Source of the DNA: an uncultured Actinomycetes bacterium
Lineage (GTDB): Bacteria; Actinomycetota; Coriobacteriia; Anaerosomatales; PHET01
Assembly (NCBI GenBank): GCA_963726325.1
Contig: CAVSCA010000007.1
Coordinates: forward strand, 34,392-98,391
DNA length: 64,000 bases
Reading direction: 5' to 3'
Below the pieces are notes generated by a model, which saw nothing but the letters and a program-made list of their open reading frames with translations, searched no databases and was not told the origin of the DNA. Positions 17,443 through 28,004 of this stretch are shown piece after piece (within the stretch, counting starts at the first letter, position 1; every line of letters starts with the position of its first letter). The translations under genes were made by a program, and so were the position numbers.

Positions 17443-17835
17443 GTGGCCGGATCGTCTGACACCGAGACGCCCGTCAGGGCGAAGGCGTTGCTGGTCGACC
17501 CCGAGACGATGGCCGTCCGGTGGACGAACGAGCCCGTCGGCTCCTCGTTGTCCTGGCGACGCAGAGGGGCGCCGCAGCCCCTCGAACTCACGCAGGCCGT
17601 CCCGATGTCCGATGCCCTGGGGCTTCCGGATGTTGTCAGGGAGGTCTGGCAAAGCGGAATCGCCCGGCACCTTGGCGCGAATCTCGTCACGACGGGCAAG
17701 GGCGCGGTTGCCTACGTGGTGTCGGTCTATCGGCTGCCCGACGGAGCGGTACTCGTTCTCACCGAGCACGCCTGGCACGTCAAGGAGGGCGCGGAGTCGC
17801 CGAGCGGGACGCGCCGCTCGCAACGGCGCCGCTGA
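17443..17835 (+). CDS. hypothetical protein (possibly PAS-like)
   Basis: GTG 17443, 4 nt after the previous stop. Intact 130-aa ORF. No family recognised. Confidence 0.45.
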   Translation: MAGSSDTETPVRAKALLVDPETMAVRWTNEPVGSSLSWRRRGAPQPLELTQAVPMSDALGLPDVVREVWQSGIARHLGANLVTTGKGAVAYVVSVYRLPDGAVLVLTEHAWHVKEGAESPSGTRRSQRRR

Positions 17836-17842
17836 CTGCGGG

Positions 17843-18497
17843 TCACTCGAGTTCCGCGCCCGGTTCACGCTTGCAGCGGCAGGCCAGCGACTTGATGTCG
17901 CAGGGCATTCGGATCTGGGTCACGTTGATTCCCTCAGGTATCTGCAGCCTGAGAATCGGAGTCAGCATCAGTACGCCCTCGACTCCCGCCTCGGCGCAGA
18001 GGTCGAGTACGGCTTGGGCCCAATCAGGCGAACAGGCCACCAGCGCGACGCGCACATCGAGCTGCTCGTCGATTTCGGGAATGGCGCTCACGTGCTGGAC
18101 GGTGATTCCGTCGATGACCTCGCCCGCGTCCTCGGGATTCTGGGAGTAGAGCGCGACCGGGAGCAACGCCGTAGGCCTCCGGCGGGAACACCACATCGAG
18201 CGCTCGCAGCATCTCGGCGGAGCCCACACGCATCGTCGGATACTGCTCCTTGATGCCAAGGAACTCCTGGATCGCGGCGAACAGATCCGCCGCCTTGTAC
18301 CCGGCGCCGGGGCGCCCGATGGTGCCGATGAAGGAGATGTCGCGGCGGACCGTCTCCTCCTTCAGGTCCAACTCCTCGGCTATCGTCCTGGAAGTGATGG
18401 CTTCGTCCGGCCTGGCCCTGAGCAGCTCGCCCAAGTAGCAGTGGTAGAGCGACAAGCGATAGGCGGTCGCGTCGGGGACTGGTTGTGTGGCGGCCAC
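17843..18497 (-). CDS. rex: redox-sensing repressor Rex; frame change near 18160-18175
   Basis: PDATAYRLSLYHCYLGELL...ITSRTIAEELDLKEETVRRDISFIG (wHTH). A Rossmann-like part LLPVALYSQNPEDAGEVIDGITV...VALVACSPDWAQAVLDLCAEAGVEGVLMLTP continues in a second frame. Confidence 0.8.
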
Positions 18498-18750
18498 GGG
18501 TCTCGATTCAACGGGTCAGAGGATAGCGACGAGTATAGCGCGGTGCGCCCGCGATGCGGGAGAGCGACTGCGCCCGGGACGCTCTGAGCAGTCGAACCAG
18601 GATCGCCTGATGGACGGACTGATGATTCGAAGTCGTCCCGATGGCCGATACTGCGTAGCGTGCGTGAGTCGTATGCTCGTTCAGGAACGAAGAGGGCACA
18701 GAGGGATGAGTCGCTCCTACCGCGCCATGCGGTCGACAGCCTGGGGGCCG

Positions 18751-19832
18751 ATGCACGCACAGGACGTCAAGAGATGCGCCGATGCGCGATGCCGAAACAT
18801 ACCCCGACGTTACTTCGACGAAGACGGAGTATGTAACCTCTGCGGTTCTACGATGAGAACTGGGCTGAGTGGATGGCGAGCCCGAGCTCCAGAAACGGTC
18901 TGAGGCGAAGCTGCGCGCATCTTCTGGCGGCCAGCGCAAGGGGAAGCCTACGACGCACTCATCGGTATCAGCGGAGGCAAGGATAGCTCCTACATGCTCT
19001 ACCTGCTGCGAGAGGTCTATGACCTCAAGGTGATGACGTTCACCAAGGACGGTGGATTCCTGCCGAGGATGCAAGCGGCGCATCGACGAGTTGGTGGGGT
19101 CTTCGATGTTCCGCACATCTACGTGAACGACGCACTAGCTCCTGAGTTGTCGGGCGCTTTCATGAAGCAGAGGGCAACTTCTGCGCCCATGTGAGCTCTC
19201 CACATTCAATCTGAGCGCGATCGTTGCTCGGGAGTACGACATCCCGCTTCTGGTCATCGGCAGTTCGAGTCGCACCGAGGCCGCACCCCCAAGTACCTCA
19301 ACCCGTGGGACCCTGGTACTTCAAGAACGTCCTCAAGGGTTTGCACTACCGGGAGCGTTTGCGTGCATCATGCTACGGCCGCAACTACCTGATCCTCGAG
19401 GCGATGGCGCAGGTGCTTGGACGCAGGCGTCTCGTGGTGCTGCCCAACTACCTCCCGTGGGACGAAGAGGAGATCAAGGCTCTCTTTGAGCGCAAGTACG
19501 GCATCATCTTCGGGGGGGAGCACTCGGACTGCATCGCGAGTCCCGTTGCGCGAGACCTCTACCGCCGCAAGCTCGGCGGGAACGACCCGGAGGTAGCGAA
19601 GCTCGCGCTCTTCGTCCGGACGGGCAAGATGACCCGTGATGAGGCGCTCGCACGTATGGAAGCGCTCCAGCGAGTCGAGCCGGAAACGAACATAGACCGC
19701 TTCCTGGAGATGACCGGACTCACCCAAGAAGAGTTCGATCAATCGCTCGACAAGACCCCCGCCCCGTACCTGACGGGCATCCCGCGCATGTTCAATCGGG
19801 TTCGGAAGCTCATCAGACGACAGGCTGCGTGA
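18751..19832 (+). pseudogene. PP-loop ATPase of the N-acetyl-sugar amidotransferase type; several frame changes and an in-frame TGA (18901-18903)
   Basis: Cys cluster CADARC...DGVCNLCG. PP-loop YDALIGISGGKDSSYMLYLL. The long C-terminal part NYLILEAM...KYGIIFGGEHSDC...LTQEEFD lies in ORF 19224-19832. The pieces lie in all three frames. Start uncertain. Confidence 0.6.
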
Positions 19833-19979
19833 CCGCACCGCGGCCGACCCTTGTAGCGAGTACGCGCGTCTCGGGAACATACCCAGAGCGCGGATGCCGT
19901 GGCTCGAACGTGCCCGCTCGCGGCGCAGGACGGCTCAGTCGCTCGTCGCTGCAGCGCTGGGTATCTCGTAGGGGCGCCG

Positions 19980-22115
19980 CTACTTGACAGTGACCCTGCG
20001 CCGCGGCGAGGTGCTTCCGAGGAGTACCTTCGTTTCTGAAAAGCGCGCCTGGAAGTACCACCTCCCTCGGCGATGAGGATGGCATGTGAAGCTCCAGCGA
20101 CCTCGGGAGTCGGTTCTTCGCGTCGAGAGCCTGACCCATGTGGTGGACCCGGGCCGCCTCGTGTAGATGCGTACGCACGCGCTGCGGGGGCCTCGCTCCA
20201 GAGTGCCACTCAGTATCAGGGCGCGTCCGCTTCGAACGGTCTTCCGGTTCTGGGTGATCGTCAGCTTTGTCGTGCGCAGCGTGGCCGACGTGCCGCTGCT
20301 GTCACCATCCGGATCGTGGTTGTCCGAACTGCGATAGGAGCAGTCGGGCCTTCTCGCGTCGGTCACGTAGAAGGTCGCGCTGGTTATCGACCTGCCGAGG
20401 CTCGCCCCGGAGAACGTGCATGTCCCGTCGGCTGTGGTGGTGCTTGTGCGCGATTCTGCGGCGAGACCGCTCCACGTCCCGCTTACGACGACGCCTCGCA
20501 CCGGTGCGTGGTTCGCATCGTGCACCGTGATCGTCACTCGCGGGGTCCACGTCGTACCGCCGATAGCCTGAGACCGGTCTAGGTCGCCGACGTGAATCAG
20601 CACCAATGGGGGCGTCGTCGCGCTCGCCACGTTCGAGTACGCCGGAGCCAGCCCGCATCGTTGCCGGCCCGCACGCGGTAGTGATACGCGGTGTCATCGT
20701 CGAGCCCGTCGTCGCGGTAGGCGAGGACGTTGGCGCCGACCGTGGCGAGCAGCGACCACGTCGCGCCATCGGGCGAGCGCTCGATCTCGAAGCCCGCCTC
20801 GTTGTCGGCCGCATCGCTCCACGCCAGGTCGATCCGCGAGACCGACACGGCGGTCGCACTCAGGCCGGTCGGCGCCGCAGGCGGAGCCAGGGGCGTCGTC
20901 GCGCTCGCCACGTTCGAGTACGCCGGAGCCACCCGCGTCGTTGACCGCCCTCACGCGGTAGTGATACGCGGTGTCGTCATCGAGCCCGTCGTCGTGGTAG
21001 GCAAGGACGTTGGCGCCGACCTCGGCGCGCGCGACCACGTCGCGCCATCCGGCGAGCGCTCGACCTCGAAGCCCGTCTCGTTGTCGGCCGCATCGCTCCA
21101 CGCCAGGTCGATCCGCGAGACCGACACGGCGGTCGCACTGAGGCCGGTCGGCGCCGCGGGCGGAGCCAGGGGTGGTTTCGGCAACCGATAGCTGTCCACG
21201 AGAACGCCCCGGACGTCGTAGAAGTCGAACGTGAGCGAGGTGTCGGTGACTGTCACCTTCTGGGCGCCACGCGTCTCGTAGTGCCGCACCACACTGCCTT
21301 CGACCGGGGTGACGAACCCGTAGCGCGCTGATCCCCCAAGCCCGTTCACGAAGTACACGATTCCGTCACGCATGATTCGCTCGTACACGTGAGCGTGACC
21401 GGAGACGACGGCGTCGGCACCCCATTCCGCAAACGGCCACTGCATGTAGGGGGTCGACCCGTGGAAGTCGTCGGAGGAGTAGGGCGGGTGATGGTCGTAG
21501 ACGATGCTCCAAGTAGAAGTAGAGGCGGCGAGCCTGGACTTCAACCAGCGCGCCTGCGCCGAAGTGCTGCTCGTCCCGTCGGGTTCTTGCCGATTCGAGT
21601 TCAGCACGAAGAAGTGGATCGGGCCCTGAACGAAATCGTAGTAGCGCTCGTTGCCCGAGCTGTTGGCGAATGTCTCGCCGGGAAGGTTGAAGTAGGTGAG
21701 GTAGTTGTCAACCCCGGGCGGCGCGTCGGTGTAGTCGTGGTTGCCCAGTGAAGGGAAGAACGCGTTGACCGGGGCAAGGCCCACGGGACAACGGGTCCCT
21801 GTGGTCGTGATGTCTTTGAGCCACGTGGCCGTAGTAGGCACCGACTGATTCGTCGTAGGCGCCGGTGCCCGTCCCGCCCGCCAGTTCGGAGTAGTTGTCG
21901 CCGGCGGTGATCACGTAGGCGGGGTTCCAGGATGCGACGAGATTCGCGACCGTGGTCTCCCTGCTGTCATCTACGCCGAAGTCGCCGATGATCGCGAATG
22001 TGGTGCTCGCCCCGCCTGGCGGGTCCGCGCGGGCCTGAACGGCGGCGCTGCTCCACGAGGCGAGTCCTGCCAGAAGGGCGGCCGTCACCACGAGTGCTGC
22101 AATCCTGGGTCTCAC
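19980..22115 (-). CDS. secreted calcineurin-like metallophosphoesterase with two FN3 domains and C-terminal Ig-like domains; at least 4 frame changes
   Basis: Signal peptide MRPRIAALVVTAALLAGLASWSSAAVQA. Motifs IGDFG, AGDNY, LGNHDY and VVSGHAHVYER. Two copies of PTGLSATAVSVSRIDLAWSDAADNE.GFE.ERSPDG. Tail ...GRWYFQARF...RRVTVK*. Confidence 0.75.
20608..21169. repeat. tandem duplication, two units of about 281 bp and about 90% identity, encoding the FN3 domains
   Basis: Unit A at 20608-20890 and unit B at 20890-21169, aligned by eye. Differences are substitutions plus two 1-nt length differences. Confidence 0.9.
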
Positions 22116-22400
22116 GGCCTGCTCCCAACAGACACCGTTGAGGAATGAGCGCGAGCTTCGTCCCTACGCAGGTAACTACCCCGATTCGGACGATCGCCCA
22201 GATGATCGTCATCGAGTCAGGGCCGCTGGCTCTGCGGCCGCGCACCGTGCGAACCTTCACACTCTGTTCTTGGCTGCGCCTCGACGCAGATGATGTACAT
22301 GGACGCAGGTCGCGAAGGTACTCGGACTAGTGCGTACCCGCTCGCGGTTCGGCTTGGGCCGATCGCGCACAGGCAGACGCGCAGCGAAGGGATCGACTCA

Positions 22401-23583
22401 TTGCCCAGAGTCTCGCTCGTGATACCGGTCTACAACGCCGAACTCTTCCTCAACGAGTGTTTGGATAGCGTGCTCGCCCAGACCTTCGAGGACATGGAGA
22501 TCATCTGCGTCGACGACGGCTCGACGGATTCCTCCCCTGAGATTCTTGCGGAGTATCTCCGAGCGCGATGACCGGATTCAGAATCGTCACCCAGCCCAAC
22601 GCGGGCGTGGCCGCTGCGCGCGGTCGAGGACTCGAACTCGCGACGGGTGACTTCGTCCTGTTCCTCGACAACGATGACTATCTTCGAAGCAACCATGGTC
22701 GAGGAGGCTTATCGCGCGTGCGTTGACGATGAAGCGGATATCGCGGTGTTCAAGATCAGGTACGTGGATGCGCGGACCGGGGACTCTGTGGAAGCCGACT
22801 GGTCGCTGCGCACGGATCTGATCCCCGACACGCTGCCCTTCAATCGCCTTGACATGCCGCAAACTCTGTTCCTCGCGTTTACGCCGTCGATCTGGAACAA
22901 GATGTTTCGAAAGTCCTTCTTGCTCGAGAACGGCATCCGGCTTCGGACTGACTTGAAATACACGGACGATCTGGCCTTCACCTACACGGCTCTGGCCCTG
23001 GCGGACCGGATCACGATAGTCGACAAGGTCCTGCTCAGCTACCGTACGAGACGAGATGGGAGTCTGTGGACGAGGGCAAGCGAGTACCCCGGCGATGTGT
23101 GCGTGTCACTACTCGAGGTGAAGCATCAACTGATGAGCGCTGGGGTCTTCGAGGATGTGGAACCAGGCCTTCCTCAACGCAGCACTTCATCAATGCGTCT
23201 GGGTGCTCTCAAGCCTCAGGACCAAGGAGGGGTTCGGCGAGCTCTACTCGATACTGAAGACGAGCATGCTTCGCAGAGCTTGGGCATCGATCGTCTGTCC
23301 GAGGATACCTGTCTAAGGCCCCACGAGTACGAGCGATACCGCAGAATCATGGACTCGTCGCCGGAGCAGTACCTGTTCGACGAAGTCGTGCTCGCTCGGC
23401 GCCGAGATCACGGAGAGACTCGCACAGCTCTCCCGCACGAGAGACGAGAAGGCCCGTTTCCAAGAGGAGGCACGGGCGCTGAGTGCCGAGCTCGAGCGCC
23501 AGATCAGCTCAGCTGTCGCAGGCCAACGCCAGGCTCAGCTCGATCAGCCAGTCCAGCTGGTATCGACTGGGACGTCTTCCTGA
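22401..23583 (+). CDS. family 2 glycosyltransferase with coiled-coil C-terminus; at least 4 frame changes; 3' end uncertain
   Basis: [75 protein letters not shown] and [14 protein letters not shown] lie in different frames. TTG 22401 follows GAAGGGA. Confidence 0.7.
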
Positions 23584-23656
23584 CGAGTCCGGGGCGTGCC
23601 CTCAAGCGGCTGTCCAGGCGCAGTGGGAAGGGCGGCAACTGGAAGCGCCTCGGGAG

Positions 23657-24062
23657 CTACTCCACCGTGACCGTCACCTCGAAGGTGTCGGCCGGCGTGG
23701 CCGTTGGCTCGAACGAGCGCCAGTACTTCAGCTTGAGCGTGCCCTCGCCCGGGCGAGACGCCCCTGAACGCCCAGACCTCGGTGCCGCCTGCGCCGATAG
23801 CGTTTGACTCCGCGGTGTACTCGGGCTCGCCCTCTTGTTCGAGCTGGGGCGGCAGCTCGCCATCTATCGCCCACGTGTAGCCGGTAGTCGGGTTCGCATC
23901 GAGTGAGATGCGCAGCTCCTGGTCAACCAGGAGCGCCTGAGAGGTGCCGCTGTCCTTCTGCGTCAGTTCGACCGGCGCGCTGGCTCGCTGGGCGCAGCCC
24001 GCCAGCAGAATGGCGAGCGATACGAGGGCGACCAGCCACCCAATCCGATCCGAACGCTTCAT
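23657..24062 (-). CDS. chagasin/ICP (I42) family cysteine-peptidase inhibitor lipoprotein; frame change near 23755
   Basis: Lipobox LLAGCAQ. LDANPTTGYTW is the family signature. The C-terminus GEGTLKLKYWRSFEPTATPADTFEVTVTVE* lies in a second frame. Confidence 0.75.
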
Positions 24063-24095
24063 CGTGGGCCTCCCTGCTACGAGTCTCGTCAGTGG

Positions 24096-24669
24096 TCACA
24101 GCCTGTCGTTCACCGTCTTGGCGGCATCCATGAGCTGCTCGGCTGTGGCGGCCGGCTCCATCACCATCGTCGTCTGGTCGGGAACCCAGTACTTCGTGCT
24201 GATGATGTAGGTCCGACCGTCCTTCAAGAACGCCACTCCGGCATCGGAGTCCTTCGAGTCCCATGCGAAGGCCTCGTCGCCCAACCCGTCGACCGCCGTC
24301 TCCTTGCCCTGCCCGTACGCCGAGCGGGCCTCCTCGAACATGCCCTTGGCGCCCACGCGCAGCCACAGCCCCTCCGGGGACTTCTCGGCGGTGTAGATGA
24401 CCAGGTACTCCGATGAGCCTTGCCGGATGCCGAGGTCCGCCTCGGTGATGTCGGAGTGCCCGGTGATCCGCTTGGCGTCCTCGGCCGTGAGCAGGGCCTT
24501 GAAGTCCGGCGCCGAGGCCGGCTGCTTCGCGGAGCTGGAGCCGCCGCTTGCACTGCCGCCGTCGGTCGAGCTCGCCGCCCGCGTTCCCGCAGCCGGTGAG
24601 CGCCGCTGCCGCGAGCGCTGCCGCTACCACGGCCACGAGCCATGCCGCACGAGTCCATGAGCGCTGCAT
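24096..24669 (-). CDS. lipoprotein, function unknown; frame change near 24570
   Basis: GAGGGGGG then ATG 24669. Lipobox AALTGCGN. Continues as GGSASGGSSSAKQPASAPDFKALLTAEDAK...GAKGMFEEARSAYGQGKE... in the frame of ORF 24096-24356. Confidence 0.55.
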
Positions 24670-24835
24670 CGCGATCCCCCCTCGCGAATGTGGTGTCGCC
24701 CGATAGGGCGCCCGAAAGGTTCCTACCCTGGTGGCGCCGGGCCCTCGCATGCGAGCGCCGCCGCAGCGCGTTCGCTTCTGGGCTGGACACGCGCACCCCC
24801 GTCTACCACGATGGGTGTGACAGGAGGAGGCGGAC

Positions 24836-25657
24836 TTGATCGAGCCGGGGGCAGTCCTCAGGATCGCGCTCATCGTCGTGGCCGGCTGGGTGACGGCCGT
24901 GTGGGTCTGCGGAGCCATCTACGTGGCGGTCTCCTACGTCGAGGCCGCTCGCTTCCTTCCCGACCGTTCGCTCCCGGATCTCCTGCGCGCGGTGCTGCGC
25001 GAGTCGTGGCTCGTCCTGTGGACCCAGCCGCTCCTGATCTGGTTCCAGTTCTTCGGGCGTCGACTCGGCTCCGGCGGCGGCGTCGTGCCCGTGGTGCTGG
25101 TTCACGGCTACTTCCAGAATCGCGTGGACTTCCTGTATCTGGCGCGCCGGCTGCGTGCCGCGGGCTCGGGCCCTCTCTACGCGTGCAACTTCTTCTGGCC
25201 GCAGTCGCTGGAACGCTCCTCCGTCAACGTCGCGGGCTTCGTTGCGCAGGTATGCGCCGAGACCGGGGCGACCGCCGTCGACCTGGTCACGCACTCCACC
25301 GGCGGGCTGTTCGCGCTCGACCTGATCGCCGAGCAGCCCCACGTGGTTCGACGTGCCGCGCTGATCGCGCTGCCCGCCCGCGGAGTCCCGTGGCGCGGAC
25401 CGGTACTGGGCAAGTCGGGTTCGCAGTTGCGTACCGGGTCGCTGTACCAGACCAAGCGGTCGACCAAGGTCGCCGGAACGCCGGTGGTCTCGATCTACTC
25501 GGCGCACGACAACATCGTTCATCCCGTACAGACGTCGCGCCTCGAGGGGCCGTCGGCCACCAACGTCGAGATCTCCGGCCCCGGTCACCTCGCGGTTCTG
25601 TTCGACCGCCGAGTCGGCGACGCGGTGTGCGACTTCCTTCTCGGCCGACGCCGATAG
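24836..25657 (+). CDS. membrane-anchored alpha/beta hydrolase (lipase/PGAP1-like)
   Basis: GGAGGAGG then TTG 24836. N-terminal TM helices. VVLVHGY and the nucleophile elbow VTHSTGG. Intact. Confidence 0.7.
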   Translation: MIEPGAVLRIALIVVAGWVTAVWVCGAIYVAVSYVEAARFLPDRSLPDLLRAVLRESWLVLWTQPLLIWFQFFGRRLGSGGGVVPVVLVHGYFQNRVDFLYLARRLRAAGSGPLYACNFFWPQSLERSSVNVAGFVAQVCAETGATAVDLVTHSTGGLFALDLIAEQPHVVRRAALIALPARGVPWRGPVLGKSGSQLRTGSLYQTKRSTKVAGTPVVSIYSAHDNIVHPVQTSRLEGPSATNVEISGPGHLAVLFDRRVGDAVCDFLLGRRR

Positions 25658-25736
25658 TGTCGGCGCGCTATCGCCGTGCCCCGAGCGGGCATGAACAGGC
25701 ATGGCGAGTGTTCGCTCGTGGTAGGAGGTACATGCC

Positions 25737-25982
25737 ATGGTCAGGTTCGAGAACGATGAGGCGCGCAGCCATCCGCTCGTGACGGAGCTGGGGGAGGGCA
25801 CCTACTACTGGTGCCAGTGCGGCAAGACCCGCACCGTGCCGTACTGCGATGGATCGCACGTGGGGAGCGGCATCGAGCCGCTGGCATTCGAGATCACCGA
25901 GCCGATCACCTCGGCGGTCTGCAACTGCGGGCTGACCAAGCGGCCGCCGTACTGCAGCGGTGCTCACGTCGAACTGGAGTAG
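25737..25982 (+). CDS. CDGSH iron-sulfur domain protein (two motifs)
   Basis: CQCGKTRTVPYCDGSH and CNCGLTKRPPYCSGAH. Intact 81-aa ORF. Confidence 0.85.
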   Translation: MVRFENDEARSHPLVTELGEGTYYWCQCGKTRTVPYCDGSHVGSGIEPLAFEITEPITSAVCNCGLTKRPPYCSGAHVELE

Positions 25983-26028
25983 GCGGCCACGCTCGAGTCC
26001 GTGCGTGGAGGCGCTGGCCCGCGCGGGG

Positions 26029-26482
26029 CTACTTGCCTGCGGCGCGCACGTAGACGACGGGGTCCGCGTTGGCCACGTTGAGGTTCGGCGGCTTGGCCAG
26101 ACCGCCCGGGGACGGTGACGTGAGGAGCTTGCCGTCCTCGATGGTGAAGTAGAGCGTCGTGGGCTGGTCGACAGGCATGTCCCACTTGATGTTGAGCGTG
26201 GGCTGCGCTGCCGCCACCCACGACCTCATACGTCCCCGTCACGTGGTTCACCGCTCCGGGCAGGGTCGTGTCCAGGGTGACCGTGCCGTTCTCGGCGAAG
26301 GTCACCGTCTGGTTGTAGTTGGTGACGCCTTGGGCGGTGGTGTTGTAGCCCACGAGCCGAGTCTCCCACGAGCCGATGAGCTGGGACTCGAGGTTCGCCG
26401 CACACCCGACGGCCGCCAGCAGTCCCGCGACGGCCAGAACGATCGCCACTGCCGCCGCCGACCGACGCCGATGCCTGTGCAT
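26029..26482 (-). CDS. lipoprotein, function unknown; frame change near 26215
   Basis: ATG 26482. Lipobox LLAAVGCAAN. The C-terminal half QPTLNIKWDMPVDQPTTLYFTIEDGKLLTSPSPG...VVYVRAAGK* is in ORF 26029-26229. Confidence 0.55.
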
Positions 26483-26693
26483 ATTCGTGGCTCCCATCTG
26501 TCGACTGCCCGCCAGTCGCAATCATGGCACGGTTCTCGGTCATATACCCCAGGGTGCGGTCGTGGGCTCGGCTCGGCTTCGGTGCTCGCCTAAACCGAGC
26601 GAGGTCCCAACGCCGATGACACTCATGCGTGCTATCGTTTCTTGCGCTGCCAGCGCCCTGTCAGGCGCAGCCGGCGCGAGTGAAGGAGCTCGG

Positions 26694-27907
26694 GTGCCCG
26701 TGCTTGCAAGACATGGTGCTCTCCGCTGGCTCGTAGCGGTCCTCGCTGCGGCGTCGCTGCTCGGCGCACCCGCGCCCGCATTCGCCGCGAAGCTGACGCT
26801 CCAGCAGCGCCAGGCCCAGGAGCAGGCGATCCGCGAGGAACTCGAGCGTACGCGCGTCGAGCTGGCCGAGAAGGTCGCCGACTACGTCGAGGTCAGCCAG
26901 CAGCTCGAGCGAGTCCGTCAGCAGATCGCCCAGGTTGAAGGGGACATCCTGTCCGCGGACTCTCGACTGTCCAAGGCCGAGGCTGCTGTGAAGCGCCGAG
27001 CGATCCAGCTGTATCGGGGTGGCCGCGTCGGGCTGTTCGAAGTGCTGTTCAGCTCGGAGTCGGTGGGCCAACTGATGGACCGCGCGTACTACCTCGTGCT
27101 GCTCGGCTCGCACGACTCGGAGCTCATCACCGAGACACGGTTGGCTCGAGCCGAGAGCCTGTATCTGCAGGAGAGCCTCGACCTGCGCGCCGAGCGCCTG
27201 CTTCGCATGCAGGAGAGCGTCGACGAGCAGCGCATCGCAATCGAGAAACGCGTCGCCGGACTAGAGAAGAAGGCCCAGAGCATCGGGGCCGATGTCGCGC
27301 GGCTCGTCGCCGTCGAGCGGCAGGCTTCGGTTGCCTGCCGGTGGCGAGCCGACCGGCAAGTTCCAGACCGACACGGTCATCTCGGAAGCGAACTTCCGCG
27401 ACTCGGAGTCGATGAGCGTCGAGGAGATCCAGGCCTTCCTCGACCAGCAGCCGGGAACGCTCAAGTCCTACAGGGCGCGCGACCACAACGGGCGGATGGC
27501 CTCGACGGCGCAGATGATCGCCGAGGCTGCGCGGGCGTGGCGGGTCAACCCCAAGGTCATCCTGGTCAAGCTGCAGAAGGAGCAGTCACTGCTGGCCGAC
27601 ACCAGCCCCAAGCCGCACTCAGTACGACTGGGCCATGGGGGCCGGCGCCACCGACAGCGGCAAGATCTTCAAGTACCAGGGCTTCGGAAAGCAGATCTGG
27701 TGGGGTGCGCAGAAGCTCAACAAGAACGCCGGCCCGTGGCGCCCGGGCATCAGCATGAGGATCGACGGAAGCCGGATCCACCCAACCAACAGCGCGACGT
27801 ACTCGCTGTACAAGTACACGCCGCACTTCCGCGGGACGATGTCGTTCTGGATGCTGTACTGGCGCTACTTCGGCGACCCGCTGTCGGTTCCGGGCGTCAC
27901 GCCCTAG
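26694..27907 (+). CDS. secreted coiled-coil protein with conserved C-terminal domain (putative cell-wall-active, PcsB/CwlO-like architecture); two frame changes
   Basis: GAAGGAG then GTG 26694 (alternative ATG 26616). Signal peptide ...LLGAPAPAFA, then a long heptad region. The C-terminal domain SVEEIQAFLDQQPG...NPKVILVKLQKEQSLL...YDWAMGAGATD...GFGKQIWWGAQKL spans frames 0, 1 and 2. Confidence 0.6.
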
Positions 27908-28004
27908 GGATGCCGCCCGCATCTCGCCGATGCGAGGAGCGGCCTAGTGAGGCGCACTGCCTCCCGGATCGGCCCGATGCGCCGACGCGGATTCCCGGCC
28001 GGTC

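Noticed and set aside
18901-18903. In-frame TGA in the PP-loop gene as a selenocysteine codon.
   Set aside because: This enzyme family is not known to use Sec. The position does not align with a catalytic Cys, I see no obvious SECIS-like hairpin just downstream, and the gene has several other frame breaks.
20608-21169. The two near-identical 281-bp units considered as template/variable repeats of a diversity-generating retroelement.
   Set aside because: The differences between units are not confined to adenine positions. The units are adjacent in-frame domain copies, and no reverse transcriptase is present in the window.
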